Below the pieces are notes generated by a model. It made no database searches. It saw only the letters and a program-made list of their open reading frames with translations, and had not been told where the DNA came from. A stretch of DNA of 64,000 bases from positions 90,272,001 to 90,336,000 of the forward strand of contig OX597821.1 of the NCBI GenBank assembly GCA_951406725.2, read 5' to 3'. Below are positions 52,234 to 64,000 of the stretch, piece by piece (position 1 is the first letter of the stretch; each line of letters begins with the position of its first letter). This stretch comes from Octopus vulgaris. Its lineage: Eukaryota. A program made the translations under genes and the position numbers.

Positions 52234-52647
52234 AGGTGCAGGAGTGGCTGTGTTGTACGTAGCTCGCTTACCAACCACATGGTTCCGGGTTCATTCCCAT
52301 TGCGTGACACCTTGGACACGTGGCTTCTGCTATAGCCTCGGGCCGACCAAAGCCTTGTAAGTGAATTTGGTAGACGGAAACTGAAAGAAGCCCCTCGTAT
52401 ATATGTATATGTACGTGTGTGTATATGTTTGTGTGTCTGTGTTTGTCCCCCCAACATCGCTTGACAACTGATGGTGGTGTGTTTACGTCACTGTAACTTA
52501 GCGGTTCGGCAAAAGAGACGGATAGAATAAGCACTAGGCTTCCAAACATTAAGTCCTGGGGTCGATTTACTCGACTAAAGGTGGTGCTCCACTATGGCCA
52601 CAGTCAAATGACTGAAACAAGTAATAGAGTAAAGGGAGAGTAAGAGT
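52234..52647 (+). mobile_element. SINE family A, full length
   Basis: Head to tail recognisable. Confidence 0.9.
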
Positions 52648-52959
52648 ATATTTGCTTATATATGATTATCTGTATGTTTGTAAGTATAGATGGAAGAGCC
52701 AAGCAAGGGACCTCTAAATGAACATTGTACCTGTTAGTAGTAGATACCAATATACATGAAAACCACATCCAATAATCATGGAAGGACACTTTGGGTAATT
52801 TAGTGCGATATGTATTAAAGTAAGTGAGAATGCATTTCATACGAGGTCAGTTTGATTAAGGCAGAATTGGAGCAACGCAACAACTTCAATTTTAGTGCAA
52901 GATGGGGGGCTTTTGTATTGGCTTTTAGAATTCATTAAAAGGCGAATAATTTTAGCATA

Positions 52960-53470
52960 TTAAATGGTAGAAAGGAGAGTGTAGGTGGCAGAATACATGG
53001 CAGAAACAACAGAGTGTCAGGTTACTATAGTAGACTAAATGGTATAAAGGAAAGTGTGGTTAACTAAATAGTAGAAAGTGTGGTATGTTAATTGAATGGT
53101 AGAAAGGACAGTGTGATAGACTAACTGGTAGAATGTGTTGTGTGGTAAACTAAATGTTAAATTGAAGAGTGGAAGACTAAATGATAGAAATAATAATGCA
53201 GCAGACTAAATGTGGTAGAACTATACATTAGAAGCGTAGGTTGGTAGACTGAATTATATAAAGTGTAGATATGTAGAGTAACTATTAGAAAGAGAAATGC
53301 GGTTGACTAAATTTTATACTAAATGGTAGAGACCATTATGTAGTAGATTAAATGATAAATAGGGTAAAGTGATAGATTCACTGATAGAATGGGCTGTGTG
53401 GAAGAATAAATGATAGAAAAGATATTGTGATAGACTAGAAAATAGAAAACACAATGTGGTAGATGAAAGA
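52960..53470. repeat. Degenerate ~29-bp minisatellite, about 17 units
   Basis: Consensus approximately TAGACTAAATGGTAGAAAGGACAGTGTGG, recurring with mostly 29-nt spacing. Confidence 0.8.
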
Positions 53471-55463
53471 TCCACTGGTAGGACCGTGAGAAACTGAATT
53501 AGAAAAGCGACAGTGCGACAGTATGATGAAGGACACCTGAACAGGTAGTGGGCGTCAACAAGACGACCGCAACTTTTGCTCTCTATTTTTAGGGATGGGT
53601 AGGCAACACAATGCTTTTCTTTTTCAAATTAAATTGCCAGCTTCTATTTATAGCGCCTTCACCTTCAACAACATCAACAATTATTTGTTCTCTTTTATAT
53701 ATCAAGCAGTTTTTCAATAACTAATTACTCCATTTTTCATTTCAAGCATGAATCAATGGAAAACATTGATTGAAATCGACTCACCTAACAAATGATTATG
53801 TGTGGTTACAAGTGGCAATGACTGTATTTCTATTATTTAAAATCGTGTACAAATCACCTGTATAAAATACACTTACGTAATATTTATTTCTAGTTTAGTT
53901 CTCATTATATTTGTGATGATGGTGACTATTTACATCAAGCAACAAGGATACAATATATGACATAATGCTAATATGTTTATGCTGAAATGGTTGTCGAAAG
54001 AAAAACGAATTCTCAAGAACACTTCAAGTGTTATGGAACAAACAACAGTCTTAATTTTTTTTTGCATGGTTCGCATACCCTGGAATCGCAACCAAGGACA
54101 TTGCTAACTAACTGTAAGTGCATTTCTATTTTACTCTGTTTTCAAAAATATTAATCTCAATAAAATAAATGTTATGTGACTATTTCGATTAGAGACCAGA
54201 TGCTGTATTATTTCTTGAAAAAATAATGATCCAGGTTTTTTGCAAAATAGAATTTTCACGCCTTTTCAATCCTATGGAAATACAAGTAGGTTTATATAAT
54301 GTAATGAATTATAATTAATATTGCTCAAGCTATTTCAAATATTCATTTTGACAGCTTAATATCGAAAGTTGCTAAACAAATATAATATATATTGCTTGAT
54401 ACGTATTTTAGGTGTATAAACGTATATAATTTAAACAATAATTATTTGTTTATTTGTTAGAAATTTGAACAAGTTAACTAATTTGAAAACAAATTTCTTC
54501 GCAGATTTCCAGGACGAAAATTCATTTTAATAGTCAGACTCTGAGTATAAAGAAAAGCTGTTTTGTATTAGATTAGTTTCTATTATTTACATCGTTATTT
54601 AATAGTCGCAATAAAAGGTTCACTTTTCGTAAATCCTAAGTGGTGATATTTCTTCAATCAACTAGGCTAAAACTATGGGTGGGTCTAATAAGTGAGAAAG
54701 TGTCGACGAACCTGTTAAAATTAATTTCAGGCTTTAACGATCAGATATAAGTAAAACTTATTTCACAAGGAATTGTTCTACAACAGAATGCCATAAACGC
54801 TTTACTTCTGCAAAGACTCGCACTTCGAATGAACTGCGATATATCCACATATATACCAGGTTGATTTATATAAAGCCAGAACAGGCAAAGGTTTAGACCA
54901 GTTAGACAGTATAAGTCCTCTTGTGAGTGTGTTATATGAACAGGAAGAGCTTGTTTCAAATGATTGAAGGAACCCAACATGAGAACTTTGAGCGTTACTA
55001 TTTCCTATGCTAAGATTTACCTTTCCTTTTCTTTACCTGTTAAATGTGATAAAATGGAACAATTCGAATACTGAGAGCTCTTATTTAATGTTAGATCTTG
55101 TTTCAACAATTCTTAAACGTCTGGAAACTTAATTAAATGCACATAATGCTTACAATGGCATATCTCAACTACTTTGACTAAGTAAATGATATCGTTATCC
55201 AATGTAATCTTGATAAAGCAAAACTTGTGGGTGATCTTTTGAAATTGCTACTACTTTGAAGTATTTAGCCGAAAGCAGAGAAATAGTGATAAGATCAGTA
55301 ACGACAATATTGTGAATAAACATTGTTTAACATATGGTAACGATTTTATATATATTTAAGAATGCCATACACAACTCAGATTTGCTAAACAATGCTCAGA
55401 CTATTTGCAAAAGTACATATGCAGTTCTTGATGTTAGCCTAAAGCGTATTTTGTTATATGTAG

Positions 55464-55663
55464 AAGTTGAAAATTAATTTTGAGAAGTGGGGGAACGAAG
55501 ATTTCATAAAGTTGGTACAAATCAGTAAAACAAAGGACAACAAGGATCGGTTGCGGTTTATGCAGGAGAGCATGTCATATGTGCACAATGTTATATTTCG
55601 GGATCCCGCTGATGGGTTTTCAAATGTTGCATCGCCGAAAAAAGGCCGAGAGATTTATAGAGT
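55464..55663 (+). CDS. Candidate internal coding exon, product unknown
   Basis: TTTTGTTATATGTAG| acceptor, a 200-nt open frame KLKINFEKWGNEDFIKLVQISKTKDNKDRLRFMQESMSYVHNVIFRDPADGFSNVASPKKGREIYR, and a |GTGAGT donor placed just where the frame would stop. Confidence 0.4.
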
Positions 55664-55773
55664 GTGAGTGGTTTTCTGTGAGTTTGTTGTCAGCCGGATT
55701 TTCTGTGAGTTTGTTGTCAGCACTCCTCCAATTAACTCATTCATTGATTCATTGATGTTGTGGCTGATTAATA

Positions 55774-56003
55774 CCTATTTCTTTATTACCCACAAGGGGC
55801 TAAACACAGAGGGGACAAACAAGGACAGACATAGGTATTAAGTCGATTACATCGACCCCAGTGTGTAACTGGTACTTAATTTATCGACCCCGAAAGAATG
55901 TAAGGCAAAGTCGACCTCGGCGGAATTTGAACTCACAACGTAACGCAGACGAAATACCGCTAAGCATTTCGCCCGGCGTGCTAACGTTTCTGCCAGCTCG
56001 CCG
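55774..56003 (-). mobile_element. SINE family C, full length, young
   Basis: Reverse complement matches 33364-33598. Confidence 0.9.
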
Positions 56004-56427
56004 TTTCTGCCGTTGCTGCTTAATACCAATGCGAGGTACGACTGTATTAGGACTAGGCAATAACAACAACAGCAACAATTGCAGTAATAACGTAAACAAT
56101 TAACTAGCAAACCTACCCATCAACGATGGAGGTATAAAATGAGTGAGGGAAATCATAACAGCAGTATGTATTGGGAAATGAGTAAATAGACTTCATAAAT
56201 TACTGGGTGATGTCTTAGAAAATTCACATTTTATTTGTTGGTGATACAGCATTCTATTGCAGCTATATTACATGTGTTTGCGACTAAGTGACATGTGAGG
56301 ACGATTCACTCCTGAACTGAAATAGGCTCCCAAGCTATGTATCATGAATGGTTATGTGGACGACTCCTAATGAAAGCCAGAGCTTCCCTTCAACCACTAC
56401 ATAAAAAGTATTAAGAAAATGTTATTT

Positions 56428-56587
56428 AGGAGTGGCTGTGTGGTAAGTAGCTTGCTAACCAATCACATGGTTCCAGGTTCAGTCCCACTGCGTGGCATCT
56501 TGGACAAGTGTCTTCTGCTATAGCCCCAGGCCGACCAATGCCTTGTGAGTGGATTTGGTAGACGGAAACTGAAAGAAGCCTGTCGTA

Positions 56588-56634
<47 letters not shown>

Positions 56635-56840
56635 TTGTGTGTCTGTGTTTGTTCCCCTAGCATTGCTTGACAACCGATGCTGGTGTGTTTACGTCCCCGT
56701 CACTTAGCGGTTCGGCAAAAAGTGACCGATAGAATAAGTACTGGGCTTACAAAAAGAATAGGTCCCGGGGTCGAGTTGCTCGACTAAAGGCGGTGCTCCA
56801 GCATGGCCGCAGTCAAATGACTGAAACAAGTAAAAGAGTA
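56428..56840 (+). mobile_element. SINE family A, near full length
   Basis: Head to tail recognisable. Confidence 0.92.
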
Positions 56841-57299
56841 GATATACTTTTATTTTAGTTGTTTACACTATGCTTGTTTATACTCTTATACATTCAAAGT
56901 TTACAAATTTCTTTATTTAAATTATGAACCATATTCCTATCAACAGTATCAATGTGATTGCAAAAGTTGTTTGTAGACGATATTTTCTGTTTGGGTGACA
57001 CTGATATTCAAATTACTGAAGTCCGGAGCTCTACTCATAGCCACGTATAACTCACGGTGTGTAAACATCGGAGTTTGTCAAAATACACTTCAACGATCTA
57101 AAGTTTGGCCTTGTGTCTTGTTTGCTGTGAATGCGCGAGCTGAAACTGTAGTAATCTGCCCATCTACGATGGGAAATAAATGTATAATATCACAAATCTA
57201 AACCCTCTATATTCACGAACTATACAGGAGGGGGGGGCTGAATCCAGAGTTAATCCTCGTTGCCGGAATTTTAACAAAGGAGATATCAAAGGTGGTTTA

Positions 57300-57716
57300 T
57301 CAATACAAAGCTTAATATCCATTAAATAATCAAGCTTTTTCCCATTTTTTCTTGATAAGCTCCATAATCCCGAAAAACATTGAGACTATTTGTCCAGCCA
57401 TTTGGCCGTGAAAAGGGAACGGATAGACGGACAAATAGAAGAACATAACGCCACTATGGTAAGAAATTGACTTACTTCCCTTTGCTTCTTTTATTAGTTA
57501 TCTCCCCCTTAATTTTTATTTACTTCTTTTTCCCATAAACTGTGCAATTACCCTCAATATCCACTAAATAATCATAATTTTTCACATCTTTTTCGCTAAA
57601 TACCTTCCCCATTACCTCCTTCGTAATCCCGAAAAACATCGTGGCCATTGATTCAGCCGTTTGACCGTGAAGAGGGAACATACAGACAGACGGACATAAC
57701 GCCCTTATAGTAAGAT
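57300..57716 (-). mobile_element. Helitron-like 5' end present as two diverged tandem copies
   Basis: Minus strand starts TCTTACTATAAGGGCGTTATGTCCGTCTGTCTG. The unit AATATCCA.TAAATAATCA..TAATCCCGAAAAACAT..CCGTGAA.AGGGAAC..ACATAACGCC..GTAAGA occurs at about 57313-57464 and 57556-57715. Confidence 0.55.
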
Positions 57717-57849
57717 GACAGACATCGACTTGCTTCTTTTGACATCCATGAAGTCAATAAAATAAACTTCATATATATATTGAGATTAGTACAATCAGCT
57801 ATTTCAAACCTTGTAAAAATAAATGTAACAATTTATTATTCCCACCTTA

Positions 57850-58648
57850 TCTATATATATAAAATGCAGGATGTGTGTGTGTGTGTACGTGAATGTAATT
57901 TATGCACGTTCACAAATTAGCATGCATGTGGCTCCAATTTTAGAAGGAAATTCGTCATGACCCTAGCTGTATTTTCGTCAACTTATTTTTCCCAGAGGCA
58001 CCAGCGATTAGCAGTAAAAATAAATTGTCAACCAAAACATTTAACAATTTTCAAGTCGGAGAAATCACCATAGTTTGCAAACTGGGGTTAAGTCCCCTTC
58101 TAGCGACGAGTAACTTTTTGTTAAGACTTTTGAGGTTTTTTTCCATTGTGAAAAACGTGTTTTGTTGAAAAACTGGCAACACACACACACGCGAACATGT
58201 ATGCGTACAAAAGACATGTATGCAATAGGTGTAGGTACGTACGTGTGTGTATGTGTGTTTGTTGCACACACACACACACACACAGGAAAAGGATCCCATC
58301 AACTTTAAACAGAGTCTGGATAGATTCCTTCAAAGAATACCAGATAAGCCACCCATAATTGGATACAACTCACCCAACAAGAACTCACTACTTGAACAAA
58401 ACTTGACTTAAACAGGATTCGAATAATCCTATCAGGTGGTGCTATTAAGTTAGACATGGCCTGGACCAATCTCTGGTCGAAACATATCTAAGTTTTATCT
58501 AAGTTTTATGTATAAACATACATAAACCAATTTCAACGGCTTTCGCCCAAATTTAACGTCGATGTGACTTATTTTGGTTTGAAATAAAGAACTTGATTGG
58601 CTTAATAATCCTAACTTAATCCCGGGAAAAGCCGGGTTACACTGCTAG
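57850..58648 (+). mobile_element. Complete non-autonomous Helitron carrying a nested LINE fragment
   Basis: A|TCTATATATATAAAA start, CCCGGGAAAAGCCGGG hairpin, then CTAG|T. Confidence 0.88.
58285..58509 (+). mobile_element. 5'-truncated CR1/L2-type LINE 3' end
   Basis: EKDPINFKQSLDRFLQRIPDKPPIIGYNSPNKNSLLEQNLT* (cf. FK..LD.FL..IPD.P...GY....NSL), then a 3' UTR ending in (ATCTAAGTTTT)x2. Confidence 0.8.
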
Positions 58649-58818
58649 TTAACAATATATATAATATGAAAAGCCTTTTGCGGGAAGATTATTAATATTG
58701 TTGATTAACCCTGAGTTAATATTTATCAAGAAAAATTGTGATAAAATTCTTTCAAACAGCAAACACCTCATATTTCCTTGTCCTGTAAGTGATTAGGGTA
58801 GCTTTCTTGATTTTTACT

Positions 58819-59203
58819 TTGGAAGCACTCCGTCGGTTACGACGATGAGGGTTCCGGTTGATCCGAATCAACGGAACAGCCTGCTCGTGAAATTAACGTG
58901 TAAGTGGCTGAGCACTCCACAGACACGTGTACCCTTAACATAGTTCTCGGGGATATTCAGCGTGACACAGAGAGTGACAAGGTCGGCCCTTTGAAATACA
59001 TGTACAACAGATACAGGAAGTAAGAGTGAGAGAAAGTTGTGGCGAAAGAGTACAGCAGGGATCACCACCATCCCCTGCCGGAGCCTCGTGGAGCTTTAGG
59101 TGTTTTTGCTCAATAAACACTCACAACGCCCGGTCTGGGAATCGAAAACCGTGATCCTATGACCGCGAGTCCGCTGCCCTAACCACTGGGCCATTGCGCC
59201 TCC
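58819..59203 (-). mobile_element. SINE family B, tail type 3, with 11-bp TSD
   Basis: Same head as 6393. TGATTTTTACT is duplicated at 58808-58818 and 59204-59214. Confidence 0.93.
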
Positions 59204-59364
59204 TGATTTTTACTATACCTAATGACAGAAGACTGGGGGGAAAAGAACAAAAGTCGATCACAATAGTCGACTAGTATTTTATTTATCATTCCCGATCTCA
59301 TAAAAGAGAAAATTGTACCTCTTATCTTTTATATCCTATAATTTTGTCTCAGTTATATCCTATA

Positions 59365-59660
59365 CACCATCTCAATTGCAGAACCACTAAGTTACAGGAA
59401 CGTAAACAAACCAACCTCGGTTACTAAGCGTGGTTGACGACAAACATGAAGACACGCGCGTGCACGCACATGTATGTGTATATATGTATTATGTATGTAT
59501 GTACGTACGTATGTAAATATATAAATATATAGGGATTCTCTCAATTTCCGTCTGTCAAATATACTCACAAGGATTTGATTAGCTCTATACTACAGTAGAA
59601 TACCCCTGCTCAGGTGCAACGCGGTTGAAATGCAAAGTTCTAATCACATAGCCGCGCCAA
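59365..59660 (-). mobile_element. Heavily decayed SINE family A
   Basis: GCAGAACCACTAAGTTAC..ACGTAAACA..TTTCCGTCT..ACTCACAAGG. Confidence 0.65.
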
Positions 59661-61176
59661 CGCATCCTTCCTTTCTTTAAACGCGGTAGTGTGTGACAAG
59701 AGTAAGATTTGGCTGTCATCCCTATCCAAATGAGCGGCCAGGTAAAAACACGTTCGTTAGCATATTGTAGAACAATTTCAGCTTCATGGTTTCATAAAAT
59801 GGATACTCAATTCAGGATTTTGTAACATTAAGTAGTTAGGAGATGACTCACCTTCCTGATATGATGCCAATTTATAACAAGTAGCAATCCCAGAAGATCT
59901 GTTAATTTAGCTTTCTCCAGCAGCGAGGTAAATTAATGCAGTAGATTTTAAAGACTGTGATACTAAACCATACGGTCATTTCACGTCTATTCTCTAATAA
60001 TAGAATTACTATAATATCGCAAAAATCAATGGTTTTAACAAAGATATACATATGGGTGACGATGTTATTTTGATAATTAGAAAACATAGAAAACTCATTA
60101 GAAATGCAATAAATATGATGAATATTGGTTCCAAAATTGTTAATTCTGCTTCATTACCATTTATTGTGTCATCGTCAATGAAATAGTTTGGTGTCAGTGT
60201 GCATATTTTTATAGAAACATCAGTGGTTTTATTGTTTAGTATTTGTTTGTGACTTTTTGTTTCGTCTTATTTCTTTATAATTTCAATTTTATGAAGTTGT
60301 TGCTTCGATATGTTTTTATACTAATTATTTTATTATTAACATCATTGTTGTTTTTTGCGTGCGTAAGGATGTTTTCAGTGTGGTTTAATTTTGGTTTATG
60401 CTTTTGTCTTGAATTTCCAAAACATTGTATTCAATTTAAGCTATAGCCTTTACTAATTATTCGTTCAATAACAAAAGCTGTTAAATTATAAATTATTCAA
60501 ACTCAATGTAAATTGAATACCATATTCTAATTCTTTGTTATTAGATTTCACAGTATTATGTAGGAGCACAGATAAATGACCAAGTGGATAAGATTTTTGA
60601 CCAGCAGTTCATGGGTAGTGTGATTCGATTCTACTTGAGCTTTTATCTTTTTTAAATTTATGAGCGCTTTCAGTTTCCGAACAAACATAATCAACTTATT
60701 GTAGTTTGACTGCCTAACAAAAATTTTCAAATTAAATTAGCCTCGAGTGTTCTGAAGAAGAGTTAGCTCTGTTGCAAGGTTTTGAATTTGATCTTCAGAA
60801 CAATAACTGGATATGTATTTGTATTACTTCCTGCAATATTAATCCACGTTTCAGTAATTTATATTACTCTTTCCTTATTGCATATCTCACGGCCTTGCAA
60901 AAGAACCTAGAAAATGTCTTCCCTCATCCAGATAAATCAAGACCGGACATCTAGTTGTGTAAATAATTATCCACATGCCTTACGAATTATATTGTTGAAA
61001 GATTCAATTCTTCTTTTCACCTTTCCGTACAACATCTATCAAGATCCCAGCAAAAGGTCACAGAGACAGTTATTCTTCATCTAAATAAACCAATACTGTG
61101 CGCCTGAGCTGTGTAAATAATTGACTAGAGTTCTTTTAAAAGAAACTGTCATGTCTCACTCAAACTAGTTAAAATG

Positions 61177-61365
61177 TTGGCACAAGGCCAGCAAATTCGG
61201 GGAGGAAATAAGTCGTTCATATCGACCACAGTTCTTGACTGATACTTATTTTATTGACCCCGAAAAGATAAAATGGTAAGTCGACCTCGGTGGAACTTGA
61301 AGTCCGAACGTTAAGACGGACAGAATGTTATTAAGTATTTTGTCCGGTGTATTAACGATTCTGTC
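61177..61365 (-). mobile_element. SINE family C, older copy with the alternative tail
   Basis: TTGGCACAAGGCCAGCAAATT..GACCCCGAAAAGAT..AGTCGACCTCGG. Confidence 0.78.
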
Positions 61366-61558
61366 TCACATTAACATGAGCATATTGATGTTAAACAGAA
61401 ATCTAAGTACAAGAAATAACACGACACAGTATGTGCTGTAAATAGATATCCACATTGTATCGGAAGATTCCGAATTATTTGATTATAGATAGGTACACTT
61501 CATTTAAATACAAAGTGTGTGTACTTAAAGAGGGCTCACATTTATATTGATATACTTT

Positions 61559-61619
<61 letters not shown>

Positions 61620-62043
61620 CATACAAACACGTATATACATATGAATATATATAAAGGTATACAGCCCATATGAGAAGCCCTCAGTTTTATTAGTGAGGGA
61701 GCGAAACGGAGTATTACCAATCGGTTGATAACTGATGAAGAATTTTGTGTTTGCCTCCCGTCCGGTTGTACACTCAGTATACATTATATTGTTTGTTTAT
61801 TTACCATACATTTTCCCTTTAAGTACTGTAACACAGCACACACCGAAATTGTATTAACAAGTTTTTTTAAACACACACACACATATACACACATATACAC
61901 ATACACACACACGTACGCACACACACAGATATATGTATATACGTAAATGTCGAACGATGAAAATGAGTGATCAACACTGCACTGGTGGATACACAAAGAA
62001 ATACATACATATACATACATATATATACATAGATATATGTATG

Positions 62044-62074
<31 letters not shown>

Positions 62075-62105
62075 ATATGTATGTATACACATATATATAT
62101 ATATG

Positions 62106-62165
<60 letters not shown>

Positions 62166-62495
62166 TCGTCAACAATTTTCCTCTCAAACCAATATAATAT
62201 ATATGTATATATATATATATACATATATATATTGGTTTGAGAGGAAAATTGGTGACGGATACTGCTTGCGTTTCAACGTGTTCGAACATATATGCTGAAT
62301 GATGGAAGGTAATGATTGCTGAGAAAGACCAAAGAATTCAATTATAATATGTGGAAGAATGTAATCTTAGTATCTTGGGTTTCTCAAGACGATATGATTA
62401 AGAATTGTTAGGCTGCACTGTGGACCCATTCAACTCTCGTCAGTATGGACAAAATTAAATTGAAATTATTATGATGATAATTATCGTTAGTGCAA

Positions 62496-62680
62496 AAGCG
62501 ACGAGCTGGTAGAACCCTTAGCACGCCGGATAAAATACTTAGTGATATTTAGGTCGTCTTTACTTTCTGAGTTCAAATTCCGCAGAGGTCGACTTTGCCA
62601 CGAATCCTTTCGGTGTCGATAAAATCAGTGCCATTTAAATACTGGAATCAAAGTAATTGACCTTCCTCTTCCCTTGGAAT
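62496..62680 (+). mobile_element. SINE family C, older copy
   Basis: GCGACGAGCTGGTAGAA..GAGTTCAAATTCCGCAGAGGTCGACTTTGCC. Confidence 0.8.
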
Positions 62681-62723
62681 ATTCTTATGTTTATGTGTGT
62701 TTGTGTTTTTGTGGGTGTTTACC

Positions 62724-62778
62724 TATAAATAGATAGACAGGCAGACAGAGAGACAGACGGACGGACAGACAGACAGAC

Positions 62779-62813
<35 letters not shown>

Positions 62814-62817
62814 TAGA

Positions 62818-62853
<36 letters not shown>

Positions 62854-62862
62854 TAGGATAGA
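62724..62862. repeat. (GATA)n/(GACA)n microsatellite
   Basis: Direct reading. Confidence 0.93.
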
Positions 62863-63437
62863 TTGACGTATTGATATCAACATCTAGATATTCATTCACT
62901 GCAAACCTATAAGTCACTCTGGACTGAACGTAGTCAAATTGTGAGTAAAGATTACATGAATCTTCACCAGTTTGAAAGTAACACATACTCTCCCAATACA
63001 CAGCATGTGAGTACCTAGTCAGAGTAGGCAGTGACATGAAGAAGAGGCAACTGACTATATAAAAGTGAATACTAAAGGAATTCTTCAGGGAGCTGAAGTT
63101 TCGTGTAAAAGTACTTTTTCAAACACATTTAAGTACACAAGCGTTATACATTTCAATAATTTTATGGAAATCGATAGAATGTTCTAAAAATTACCATACA
63201 TTTCACGTGACATCAATACATAAATGTGAAAACTCACGGATATAATAGGCTGCTATGTAGAAAGTGTACAAACAAACATACACGTACCCCCCCCCCCGTC
63301 CACACACACTCATATACAAGTGTTTTCACAGCACACGAATATACGTATTGAAATAACTGGATAAACTCAGCAGCCATAGAACATATATAAGTATGTATGT
63401 GTATGTATATATATATATATATATATATGTGTGTATA

Positions 63438-63493
<56 letters not shown>

Positions 63494-63728
63494 TATACAC
63501 GCACACACCTGAATATACCGACAAGTATACGTACAGGCATGCAAGCATGGACACATTGAGGCGCGCACATATTTTCGTATAAACTCACTCGTAAATATAT
63601 AGATATACGTATACGCCTACATAACGTGCACAAAAGCAATACCATACATTATATTATCAACATCCCGTATTGGGATGTTCAAGGTAGACATATATGTTCA
63701 TGCAAATACAAGCCCTCACATATATGTA

Positions 63729-63788
<60 letters not shown>

Positions 63789-63815
63789 AGCATACATGTA
63801 GCTATGCGTGTGTGC

Positions 63816-63857
<42 letters not shown>

Positions 63858-63909
63858 AAGCATACATGTAGCTATGCTTGTGTGCATGTGTATATATATA
63901 TATATATAA

Positions 63910-63940
<31 letters not shown>

Positions 63941-64000
63941 AGTCAAAAATATGCACATATACATGCACTTATATGTACTTACATAATAATTTAAACATAA

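Noticed and set aside
52960-53470. CRISPR-like repeat/spacer appearance
   Set aside because: Eukaryotic context, degenerate repeats, variable parts of only ~7 nt and no cas genes.
54745-54860. CSTTECHKRF..H, a C2H2-like word
   Set aside because: His spacing is wrong and the second His is missing.
58396-58496. Hammerhead-like AAAACT...GGTCGAAACATATCTAAGTTTT
   Set aside because: No CUGANGA core. Better explained as a CR1/L2 3' UTR stem-loop and tandem tail.
37258-59762. Three ~60-bp related decayed segments (37258, 45339, 59704) whose minus strand has a TGCTA-GAAR-TAGCA-type hairpin, reminiscent of an HDV-like ribozyme P4 region
   Set aside because: The copies are too degenerate to build the double pseudoknot from this window alone.
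61660-61745. CCCTCA/TGAGGG stem followed by GCGAAACGGAGT and a later CTGATGA (similar at 22255-22305, minus strand)
   Set aside because: The core elements cannot be assembled into a valid hammerhead topology in these copies. A family consensus would be needed.

Overview
AT-rich, microsatellite-saturated eukaryotic DNA. The repeat repertoire strongly suggests an octopus (coleoid cephalopod) genome, probably intergenic or within a very large intron. No complete protein-coding gene is visible. Nearly all ORFs in the supplied track are translations of (TA)n, (CA)n, (TATG)n, (ATT)n or (GAT)n tracts or of SINEs. What can be supported is a dense record of mobile elements: three tRNA-headed SINE families (more than 25 copies), four Tc1/mariner relics, a hAT-like relic, two complete non-autonomous Helitrons plus fragments, RTE, CR1/L2 and R4/Dong-like LINE fragments, and many Penelope-like (PLE) pseudo-LTR pieces sitting in (TA)n tracts. 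The most notable signal is an apparently intact type I hammerhead ribozyme on the minus strand at 15864-15949, inside an inverted PLE-type repeat. It is accompanied by a second, variant-core minimal hammerhead family and several decayed hammerheads. Also notable are one SINE head joined to three unrelated tails, tail-to-tail SINE pairs able to form long dsRNA, and a few candidate exons. All family assignments come from motif recognition by eye, not database searches.
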